Assembly: GCF_006345805.1 (NCBI RefSeq)
Contig: NC_043003.1
Span: 75,888,001-75,952,000 of the forward strand
Length of the DNA: 64,000 bases
From: Octopus sinensis
Taxonomy: Eukaryota
Direction of reading: 5' to 3'
Part shown: piece by piece, positions 14,330 to 25,670 of the stretch
How the letters are laid out: every line of letters starts with the position of its first letter
Numbering within the stretch: the first letter of the stretch is position 1
Program-made: the position numbers and the translations under genes
The notes under the pieces: model-generated
What the model was told of the DNA's origin: nothing
Databases searched by the model: none
What the model saw: the letters and a program-made list of their open reading frames with translations, nothing else

Positions 14330-15110
14330 TGGCACAAGGCCCGAAGTTTTGGGGGAGGGGCCAATCGATTAGATCTTCCCCAGTACGCAACTGGTACTTA
14401 ATTCATCGACCCCGAAAGGATGAAAGGCAAAGTCCACCTCGGCGGAATTTGAACACGGAACGTAAAGACAGACGAAACACCGCTACGCATTTCACCCGGC
14501 GTTCTAACGTTTCTTATTTCTTTATTGCCCACAAGGGGCTAAACATAGAGGGGACAAACAAGGACAGACAAAGGGATTAATCGATTACATCGACCTCAGT
14601 GCGTAAATGGTACTTAATTTATCGACCCCGAAAGATGAAAGGCAAAGTCGACCTCGGCGGAATTTGAACTCAGAACGTAACGGCAGACGAAATACCTATT
14701 TCTTTACTACCCACAAGGATCTAAACACAGAGAGGACGAACATGGACAGACACAGGTATTAAGTCGATTATATCGACCCCAGTGCGTAACTGCTACTTAT
14801 TTAATCGACCCCGAAAAGATGAAAGGCAATTGACCTCGGCGTAATTTGAACCCGAACGTAACGGCAGACTAAATACCTATTTCTTTATTACCCACAAGGG
14901 GCTAAACACAGAAGGGACAAACAAGGACAGACGTAGGTATTAAGTCGATTACATCGACCTCAGTGCGTAACTGGTACTTAATTTATCGACCCCGAAAGGA
15001 TGAAAGGCAAAGTCGACCTCGGCGGAATTTGAACTCACAACGTAACGCAGACGAAATACCGCTAAGCGTTTCGCCCGGCGCGCTAACGTTTCTGCCAGCT
15101 CGCCGCCTTC
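14330..15110 (-). repeat. Head-to-tail array of a tRNA-derived SINE body (~182-bp units, 3 full plus a terminal copy)
   Basis: Units start TATTTCTTTA at ~14514, ~14697 and ~14878. Each carries ATCGACCCCGAAA.GATGAAAGGCAA..CGACCTCGGCG.AATTTGAAC (B box on the minus strand). A single full tRNA-like head lies at 15060-15110. Confidence 0.9.
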
Positions 15111-15790
15111 TAATGACAGATATATCATTTGGCTCGTGATAGAGATAGTGTTTACTGTACACAGTATAATATTTAACATTATCATATATTTTGAAACTGT
15201 TCTTTATTATGACATGGAGACGAAATAATTTAGTGAAACGGACGCGTTACATTTGATATACAACTAATAAATATTTTGTATATTAATATCCAAAAGTGCA
15301 AAATGATTTAGTCATAACATATAAAATAATTATACACACTAGGGTACTTGTAATCCTTGTTCCTTATCTGGATTAGACTTTATTCCTTGAGACATAACAC
15401 CATAAATTGTATTAACCACCAAGGCTGTAATTGTAATATGAATATGTAATCCCACCTTAATCAAGCGAAGCGAGTTTGTGTAAGAGAATACATATTCATA
15501 AAAGGAAGTTATTAAAATAAATTATCGTTTACGTAACTCTTTTTTTTTTTAATCACTGTGGATAAATCCCAATAATCTACTCGGTATCTCCAGTTTTTTT
15601 AATTATAAATAAAAACAATCGGAGACTGGGATTAAGGTTGCAAAAATATCAAATTTTACTAATTTTTTTTTTTTATAGCACATAAATGTATTTATGAGGC
15701 GAAAAATATTGAAAAATTTCAATACATCCTGGAAGCGATAAAGAGGGTGATTACGTATATTCTTATGAACGTATTTATATATAGAAGCAC

Positions 15791-16461
15791 CTGCTCTTCT
15801 CTCTTTGTTGTAGCTCATATTTCACTGCCATATAACATTGCAGGTAGAACTGTACTGTTGATGAGGTTGGCGCGGGTGGTCCTGTTCAACCATCCCTTGA
15901 GCACATCCCTTATGCCATTAAACGCCTTCCATCCGGCCCTTACTATCCGTGAGATCTCCTTTTCGATATATCGGCACATATTCACTTCCTGTCCCAAGTA
16001 GACATATTCCTTTACCTCCTCTATTTCGTCACTGCCGATCACCATTCGACCTGTTGGTACGTTGTCTGACCGCATGAACTTCGTTTTCATGCGGTTCATC
16101 TTGAGACCTTCTGCAGAGCTTTTGATGTCGAGCTCCGTCAAAGAGCCATAGAAAGGTCAATGCTTGGTATCTCGTTGAGAGAGTACATCAGTAGCGAGAT
16201 CATCAGAAAGAAGTTTAGATGGGCTGGACACGTCACCCGGCTAACCGATAATCGGTGGACCCGCGCAGTTGTCTAATGGTACCCGCGCAAGCGGAAACGA
16301 CCACCCGGAAGGCCTCCACGACGGTGGAGTTACGATTTCAGGAGGACTATTGGGATCACGTGGATGAGAAAGGCGCGATCCAGAGAGGAGTGGACAGAGT
16401 GCTGTGACCAGCGGTGTCAAATGGAGGCCCGACGGACTGCTCGGTCAAGGAGATCAAGGTG
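15791..16461. mobile_element. 5'-truncated RTE LINE insertion with inverted 5' part (twin-priming structure) and 14-bp TSD
   Basis: 15791-~16140 (-): TELDIKSSAEGLKMN..KTKFM..EVKEYVYLGQ..LPAMLYGSEI*ATTKREEQ. ~16140-16461 (+): QRAIERSMLGISLRE..KFRWAGHVTRLTDNRWTR..GRPPRRW. Flanks ATATATAGAAGCAC (15777-15790) and ATATATACAAGCAC (16462-16475). Confidence 0.9.
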
Positions 16462-18091
16462 ATATATACAAGCACATCTTGGGATGTACTAGAAACAAAA
16501 GTCAAATCTCCCTTAAATCAATCACTTTTCCCTCTGTAAATATTAAGTATTTAAATTTAATTTCTGGCGAAAAGGCTCCTCCCATGGTTTTGAAGTGCAG
16601 AAAAGTAAGCCAAAATAGGTCTCGAGTGGGATGATGACAGAGGTAGGGTTGTAAAAAAAATTTCAAAACTTTTTCCATACAAAGACATCCCCACAAGAAA
16701 CAGCACACAAACGCACAATCATTTCGAAGGCTGTGGTTTTTAAAAAAATTAGGAAAATCTCCATCAAAGACGAGCAGTTCTAATTTAATTTGTCTACCTG
16801 ATCCGAGACTCCATTTTGCAGAAATTCCTCTCCCCACCCCCTCGGTAAAACCTTTACCCACAAAATTCTTTATAATCTATGCTGTTTGAAAGGTATTTTT
16901 ATAAACTTTCATTAAAAGATACCCATTTTCCTCAAATTTATGAGGGAACATGTCGGATCATGTGAAGTTTTCGAAACTCCCTTCTCCACCACCATTCTCC
17001 CGAAAAATTATTTGCCATAAATCACTATATATTCTGAAGCCACAACATCGAAGCGGTATTTGAATAAAATTTTGTTTGAAAGTATCCATTTTACTCTTAA
17101 GAATGATAAACCACCCGAAGGGCGGTCTTTCTCCCAGTAATAATTGTATGAGAAAAATACATCTTATAACATACCTATAACACTAGTATTCATGATGGCA
17201 TTACTATAAAATGATGAGGATATTTAATATTCAAGCTAGGTTTTTCCAATCGCCAGAGGACGTGGGCTAAGAATCGAACCCAAACGCAATAAGCCATTTA
17301 CGTAACATTAGATCACGCATATTCTTATGGACGTGTATTTGTAAGCACATATATTTGTAAAGGTATATTGATGACGTGCATATATGTATGTATGTATGTA
17401 TGTATGCCTATATACTTAAACATATATGTTTACGTATGTATACACATACAATTATTCAATATATATATATGTGTGTGTGTGTATGTATACATACATATAC
17501 GTACGTACATACATACATACGTATTATTCTGTTGCAAGGTAATGATATGCATTTTAATATTAATAACAATTTAATGCTTCATTTCTCATAAGAATGATAA
17601 ACCAGCATTAAAAGTTTATTTGGTTTTCCAAATATATTTATTTTAGTACCTTTTTTATAAAAGAATTATTTTAATGCGAAAATTATTAGTTTTATGCTAG
17701 TTACCATTCCTGCAATGTGAGAAGATTACACACAAATGTAAACTTCAGAAGTTTATAACGAAAAGCTTATATATAAATACATACATACGTACATACTCAC
17801 ATATTTATACACACGCACACACACACACAAATATATATACATATATGTGTGTGTGTGTGTATACAAACATATACGTATATAATTGAGTTATTAATTTGTA
17901 TTTTTTAAAGTTTTATGAAAGTCCGTGTGGTAGGCGCAGGATTAGCTGTGGGGTAAGTAGCTTACTACCAAACACATAGCTCCTGGCTCAGTCCCACTGC
18001 GTGGAACCGTGGGCAAATGTCTTATTCTATAACCTCGGGCCGACCAAATAGTTGTGAGTGGATTTGGTAGACGGAAACTGAAAGAAGCTCG

Positions 18092-18127
<36 letters not shown>

Positions 18128-18150
18128 CGAGCTTCTTTCAGTTTATATAT

Positions 18151-18194
<44 letters not shown>

Positions 18195-18319
18195 TAAAAA
18201 TGGTAAGACAACAAAAAGAAAGAGACCCCGATGTTATGTAAATACAGGAATTTATCTGTAAATGTAATATGTAACAAGTTTCGGATGTCAAGGTGTAAAT
18301 CCACGCCGCCTTTTTCCGA

Positions 18320-18393
18320 TGGCCGGATAACTGAAGAGATGGCGGCGTGGATTTCCACGTCGGCATCCGAAACTCAGAGTTTTATCATGGCTA
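18320..18393 (+). ncRNA. Type I hammerhead ribozyme motif (intact core)
   Basis: Stem I GATAA(18326-30)/TTATC(18382-86); CTGAAGA 18331-37; G10.1-C11.1-closed stem II (G.ATG..GGCGTGG/CCACGTC..CAT.C); GAAA 18369-72; short helix III ACT(CAG)AGT; cleavage triplet GUU (H17 at 18381). Confidence 0.75.
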
Positions 18394-18423
18394 CAGAATA
18401 ATTGCTACATATTACATTTACAG

Positions 18424-18458
<35 letters not shown>

Positions 18459-18501
18459 TAGTTGTGAGTGGATTTGGTAGACGGAAACTGAACGAAGCTC
18501 G

Positions 18502-18570
<69 letters not shown>

Positions 18571-18615
18571 CGAGCTTCTTTCAGTTTCCGTCTACCGGAA
18601 ACTGAAAGAAGCTCG

Positions 18616-18651
<36 letters not shown>

Positions 18652-18676
18652 CGAGCTTCGTTCAGTTTCCGTCTAC

Positions 18677-18743
<67 letters not shown>

Positions 18744-18786
18744 CGAGCTTCGTTCAGTTTCCGTCTACCAAATCCACTCACAACTA

Positions 18787-18817
<31 letters not shown>

Positions 18818-18847
18818 CTGTAAATGTAATATGTAGCAATTATTCTG

Positions 18848-18921
18848 TAGCCATGATAAAACTCTGAGTTTCGGATGCCAACGTGGAAATCCACGCCGCC
18901 ATCTCTTCAGTTATCCGGCCA
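18848..18921 (-). ncRNA. Type I hammerhead ribozyme motif, mirror copy
   Basis: Reverse complement of 18320-18393 (TCTTCAG at 18904-18910). One C>T change in stem II retains pairing as G-U. Confidence 0.75.
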
Positions 18922-19048
18922 TCGGAAAAAGGCGGCGTGGATTTACACCTTGACATCCGAAACTTGTTACATATTACATTTACAGATAAATTCTGTATTT
19001 ACATAACATCGGGGTCTCTTTCTTTTTGTTGTCTTACCATTTTTACCA

Positions 19049-19097
<49 letters not shown>

Positions 19098-22000
19098 TTG
19101 TGTGTCCGTGTTTGTTCCCTACCATCTCTTAACAATCGATGTTGGTGTGGTTTCGACCCTTAACGGTTTGGCAATAGATCGATAGAATATGTACTAGGCT
19201 TACAAAGGATAAGTCCTGGGGTCAATTTGTTCGACTAAATCCGGTGCTCCAGCATGGCCGCAGTCTAATGACTGAAACAAATAAAATAAGATTAAAGAAT
19301 ATATATATATATATAATTCGAAAACAAGGACGATACATAAAATTATTCATTCAACTTTAAAAAATACAAATTAATAACTCAATTATATACTTATATGTTT
19401 GTATAAATATATGCATATATGCTTATATACATATATATATATAGACACATATATATATACATTTATCTATACTTGACAACCTATCTCTTTTATCTACCTC
19501 TATGTATATATATGTGTATATATACATACATATATATGTATATATACATATATACACATGATAGATATATATATATGTATATATATAGTTCTCACACTCT
19601 CCTCTCTCTCACTCTCTCAATATATATATATATATATATACGTACGTATATAAATATGTGAGTGTGTATGTACAGTTATTGATACATACACACACACGAG
19701 AACTCTGCCAAAGGTAATGCAAGAGTGGACATAATTAGTTTATTAAGTGATATAGATCGTTTAAATTGCAGATAATTTTGAAAATTAAAAGTTCGAATAT
19801 AGTATCTCCTCTCTCTTTGATTCTTTATTGACGGCAAATATTAGATTCTTCGCTTGATGGATGAGCCCTCACCGAGTTCTTGATAAAGGAGCGGAGGGAG
19901 TTCTAGCTTTCGATATCCACAGTTGGCAACAGTTTTTTTTTCTTTTTTTTGGTGGTGGTGGGGGGGGGAGCAAAGTAACTGAGATTCTACACGATGGGAG
20001 CCAATCAACTACAATTCCTCTCACGAAATCTCTGTACTTAGACCAATTGATTCATGCAGACAGACTAGACACAATGCTTCAGAAGTCAAAAAGTATTACA
20101 ATGGTTAGACTTTGGAGCATTGGAAAGAATTTTCACCAAGGGTATCTCGGTGGGCGAAATACGTTTAGAATAGTAGAAGACTGAAAACGCACTTTGATGC
20201 GGTGATAAAATTATAAAGCCGTGTAACAATTGCTTTGCAGATGTAGCTTTATATAGATGCTGAATATTGTAAAACATTGACTGGAGGAAAAAATTGCGTA
20301 TGTTTCGCTGAGGCTTTCTCGGCAACGCTTAAACCGTCTATTAAGCGATTCTCATTCTTTTTGCGCACGTCAAAAGCCGTGACTATCTCTTATTTCACAG
20401 TGATTTAGCCGCTTTTTCTAGTAAACCAGCAGACTATGAAGAGGGTCCTTTTGATGAATTGAGTAAATACAAGGCCAATGTCCTTTCAGTCGTCACTAAC
20501 CTGGATTATTTTATATCCGTGTCAACATCTCCAAAATATATTTTGCTCTCATTTTATATAAGAAAGAATTGACTGATATCTTATTTGTAAGTTGAGTGAA
20601 TACGATCACTTATATTCCACTATTATTTTACCTTAATCATATGACCGATGTCTGGTTTTAGCTATAGGTAAATACAGCAATTAAACGCTAATAGCTGTGG
20701 GTGTCAGTAATATAATTGACTATCTACCACCACTAACACTACTATCACCACCGCACCGTTATCACAACCACTATCGCTGCCATCATTATCATGATCCTCA
20801 TCGGCATCATTATACTCGCCTTGCATTTTACATTCAATTTTGGATCTTGTGAATGTGTTATGATTGTTGTATTGTTTTATGCCAATTCAACTCTGTTTAC
20901 GTTGACCAGTGATTAAAGATATTCCAGCCATCCTAATTTGGTGCTTATGTTTGTAGGTGAACTATCTTCAAAGCTATCTTCAGATATATCTTAATTATTT
21001 CAGAAAATATGAACATGGCGTATGTCGATAGAATACTTCTTTTAACGACGAAAGCCCATTTTGTCTTGTTTCTGTTAAACGTGTTAAGCAACATTATGAG
21101 TATTCAAATTATTATTCATTCTGTCAGATAAGTCAACACTTTGGAATAACGAATTACCAAAACTCTTGGCAATAACATCTGCTTTTTTATTGCTTTTTCG
21201 GTCATGGAGAGAATATCCCAGGCGTAAAACGATATTATTCCTGTATGTTATTACCTTAATGAAAGAATATTAAAAAGCAATTACAAATAAGTGTCGAGAA
21301 CGATTTCAGCTAAAGCAAAGATATTCAAGCCAAGAAAGAGTAGAAAACTTTGTGGTTTTAGACTTGCAAGTAATGCGAGCTGAATAATCCTCACATCGCT
21401 CTGAGCATCTTACAATGGTATCGTGCATTGTATATCTAGTGTGAATTACTACTATAAGCATAATGATTTAACAAAAAAAATAAACAGAATGATTACTGAT
21501 TCACAGATTAAATGATATTGATCATAATCGCGTCTGATAAGTGATGACCTGGTGGTTAAGCAAAAGCAAGTAAACAATGTTGAAACTACATATCGAAAGA
21601 AAGTGAAATTTTGGAATAAAGAAAAAATTGCAGACATGCGAAAAGAAAGATCAGAATCTGTTCAATATCGTAAGATAAGATCAATAAATAAAGCTAGCTT
21701 ACTTTAATATTCTGAAATAGTTTTTGCTGTAATTGTATTTGATTATTCTGTCAGATGAACAATGCTAAAAACATTCTCGAATACAAAATGGCTGTCGTTT
21801 TGTAAATTTTACAAACATGAAAACATTTACAATATTACAAACAAAAACAATGCACTTCACTCTTGTATATAAAGCAATAATGCTGCTGAAATTGGGAATT
21901 AGAATGACGAGGTTTCTGAATCATCATCTGTAATAAATGTTTCCTTTATAAGAGCCAAATATGTATAATTAGATAAATAATTAAACCATAAACGATATGA

Positions 22001-22154
22001 GTACCTCTATGTCAGTATGCATGTATATATGTGTGTGTGCATGTGAGTAAATACGTGGATATACTTTATACACGTGTTTGTGTATACACATATATATGTA
22101 TATCTGTGTGTGTCCGTATGTTTCTATCTATCTAGCCATATATATATATATTAT

Positions 22155-22237
<83 letters not shown>

Positions 22238-23621
22238 TATATACATGCATATATACACACAGAGAGGGAGTGAGAGAGAAATACTAAGATCAAGAACTCT
22301 ACATATCATTCAGTAATTATGCGTTGGTTTGTGTGTGGGCAAATTATTTCCAGCCAAGGTTTCGCAGTTTTTCAACTCTCTGCTCTCAATCTAAAATTCT
22401 TCTATTTATTCATTGCATGTATTATATCATGATACTGAGTAAATTAAGTAAATACATGTGTCTTTGAATTTCTAATACAAACATAAATATGTATATTATG
22501 TAAATATATATATTATACAGCATAAGCATGCCAGGAATAATTTTACAAAGATATAGATTGACACATCCTTTATCACACAGGTGTTCTATATTTCTGGAGC
22601 AAAAGTAATTTATCAATAAACCTCGGTAACTGATTGTTTGTGTGTACGTGCAAATGTATTGTCATTGTATCATTGTTAGTATATATGTTTTTTTACCAAA
22701 GAAGAAGGCTACAAACGTTAAAATAATTGTGTAACTGATTAGATATGTTACAGTTATTGGATATTACTTGGGATATCGTTCCTAGGTTGGTAAAGAAGAT
22801 ATTGATTGTATTTGAACTCAGAATAATTAAGATGATATTCTCAAAAACTTGTGCTTAATGGATTGAAGCAAATTATCAGGAACGCTTTGTGATAATGATT
22901 GAATGAATATTCAACACGCTCAAATATCTTAATATACTGGAAATTTCATTTTCTTCGTGAAATTTGGATTACGTATTTACTTTGGTGAAGCTTTCGTGGA
23001 TACAAATCAAAGTAGTAGTTAAATCGGTTATTAACGATCAACTGGGTTCTCTCAGTTGTAATTCTGTTTGTGGGAAAGCGGTTCGCCTGCCCGAGTAATC
23101 TAGAAAGCCATTAATTGAACCATAGGTATTTACATTAAAAATTGGCATCTGATTAGCATCTTCAAAGCGTAGTATTCTATGCTAGTAAGGCTTACCATTA
23201 CATGCAGTTTCTGTTTTACGATAAAGCCCTGGGGTATATGCTGAACGTTAAATTTTCTAGATAATTTACAAGAAGTCGTTACATTGGTGCATCAAAAAAT
23301 AAGAAAATTGTTACTTTGATCAATATTTTGCTCAACACGAAACGTTTCCTAATCCCTACTTTAACTGCTTCAACTGTTTCAGCTTACTGTTGAATAGATA
23401 TTTGTGTGTCTATACATATATGTGTGTGTATACATATATGTATATACAAACACGCACACACACACACACACACTCACACACTCACACACCCACACACCCA
23501 CACATATGTGTGTGTGTGGAGCGCGCCAGGTAATCATAGGAGGTGAACGTTTCTGCCGGCACACTAAAAGGGATCTACCAAAAATACAATTTGGATACTA
23601 AATTTTAATAATTAATTGTAA

Positions 23622-23665
<44 letters not shown>

Positions 23666-23734
23666 CACACACATATATGCAGAGAGAGAGGTGAAGAAAT
23701 ACAGATAGGCAAACAAATAGACAGAGAGACACAC

Positions 23735-23735
<1 letters not shown>

Positions 23736-23792
<57 letters not shown>

Positions 23793-23793
23793 G

Positions 23794-23870
<77 letters not shown>
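23736..23870. repeat. (GATA)n microsatellite
   Basis: Directly visible; generates the SIYL pseudo-ORFs. Similar tracts at ~45400-45490 and ~62535-62640. Confidence 0.97.
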
Positions 23871-24619
23871 TGAGAGAGAGAGAGAGAGAGATACAGACAG
23901 ATAGATGCGATTGCCAAATCTGTCTCCCCAAGAGACTACACAAAATCCATCAATCTGCACACTCTATATACAAGAAGAAAGTTATTGTCACCATAGAGGT
24001 AACTCTTGTTAAAGTCCTTGAAAGCACTGGCATATGACAGTTCAGATACACCATCTTAGGTTTGGCTTTTCTACACACTAGGGCATGGAATTTGATCACT
24101 GTCTACCATATACAAACCGATCCCACTCGTGCTCAACATCTAGCTTTAATTGCGACCCAACATCATATTTAATTGCTAACACGTAATTACTGCTGCTACT
24201 AACTCCAGTGAGCGACGATTCAGCCAGTTACCTTCGTCAGCATTTCACCCTATTACAACTGTCGTTGGATACATTACACCGCAGTTAGCTTTCAAAGTTC
24301 CGAAAGCTTTCTGCGAGCATCCTCTCCGAACAAAAACGGAAAGTGCTTGTATAGCTTCGACAGCATCAACACCACGTAACGTGAGCTGACCAATAGAGAA
24401 CTATAATCTAAAGGCTATTTTGAATTTGCCTCAAATGGACGCAACCTACGCTCTGTGAAATATTTAAGACATAGAGAGCTAACTCAAACTGTAATGTATA
24501 TATAAGTGATTTACCACTAAACCTCATGATGTATTTCGGAAAAGATATTAATTAGCATTGTACATAAGTTTCAGAATAGGATTTGCATTTTATCTAAAAC
24601 AAAATTTCAACAGTATATC

Positions 24620-25670
24620 AATCGTTATTCACATTAAGTCATAAGTGTAAATGATATTTTATACTACAACACAAATCCTTCGTTTACAGCTTACATGGTT
24701 TTGAAACGTTTACTGGAGATTCTTCTCTTTGTCTTCTACGCATTGTAAAAGTTTCATACTTCATATATTTCTCAACAACGTAACATCGAATAACATTTTT
24801 ATTAAAATTGCTAAATGTCTAAAGGTTCATTAGTAGGTGTGCCGCCTCTGTGTTTGTCTGTGTGTATGTGTGAATCTGTGTATGTAGGAGTGCATTTATG
24901 TGCATATGCCCGTGCATGCGTGCGCGCGCGTTTGTGTATGTGTCAGTGTTTTCTGCAACACGTAAATGTTTAATGACCATGAGTTTCGTAAGTGACACTA
25001 CCTTCGGTTTGATTAATGATTTATGTCATAAATTCGAAGATATTTGTACTGAGCACTGGGACCTCATTAAGACTAATCCTCTCCGCAGTATCACTGTAGT
25101 TGAATGTAATGGCGAAGTAAAACTATTTCCAATTGGTGAGGTGAGTCTGCAAACATTTGTGTATTAAGCTCACATGCATTTAATGATGATAATTTTAAGC
25201 AATCAAGATTGCCACCGTATCTAGAAGTAGTGAACGTTAAAAATACTTGAAGGAACGAAAGTAAGTGAAGTGCATCATCTCAAACTGATAATTTTCAAAC
25301 TGATTGGCGCACTAAAATCGCGTGACTTAAATTTTAAATAAACATAGTGGCAAATAATCTCAGTTTTGGGGAGTTTGCACATAGATACAACTATCTACTT
25401 CAGTCTAGATAAATGATTTATTTGATCAGAAAAGTTTACGTTGGTCCTTTCCTTCCAACAAATTATCAGATTAGCTATTTGTACCTTTCTTTAATTGAAT
25501 ATATCGATACAATAATGATCTGTTTGCCATGCTGAAGAAAAAAAAGGAATAGTTGATGAATATATTATAAATAGTCTTGAAAACGAATCGTTATTCACAT
25601 TAAGTCTTAAGTGTAAATGACATTCTATACTGCTATTCAAATCCTTCGTTAACAGCTTACAAGGTTTTAT
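24620..25670. repeat. Diverged ~85-bp direct repeat pair, 966 bp apart
   Basis: AATCGTTATTCACATTAAGTC.TAAGTGTAAATGA.ATT.TATACT...CAAATCCTTCGTT.ACAGCTTACA.GGTTTT at 24620 and 25586. Confidence 0.85.

Larger units (their letters stand above)
18191..19049. repeat. Large inverted repeat (arms ~18191-18504 and ~18741-19049)
   Basis: The arms are reverse complements (same peptide in ORFs 18143-18358 minus and 18883-19185 plus). Outside the microsatellite I saw one C/T substitution and one 1-bp indel. Confidence 0.95.
17933..19290 (+). mobile_element. tRNA-derived SINE split by ~1 kb of fold-back sequence inside its (TA)n tract
   Basis: Head GGCGCAGGA..GCTGTG.GGTAAGTAGCTT at 17933, body to GAAGCTCGCTG (~18094). 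The 3' half (GTTGGTGTG...GTACTAGGCTTACAAAG..GGTGCTCCAGCATGGCCGCAGTC) resumes at ~19096. Confidence 0.85.

Noticed and set aside
14330-15110. Regularly spaced repeats superficially like a CRISPR array
   Set aside because: The whole ~182-bp unit is repeated with no unique spacers, it is SINE-derived, and the context is eukaryotic with no cas genes.
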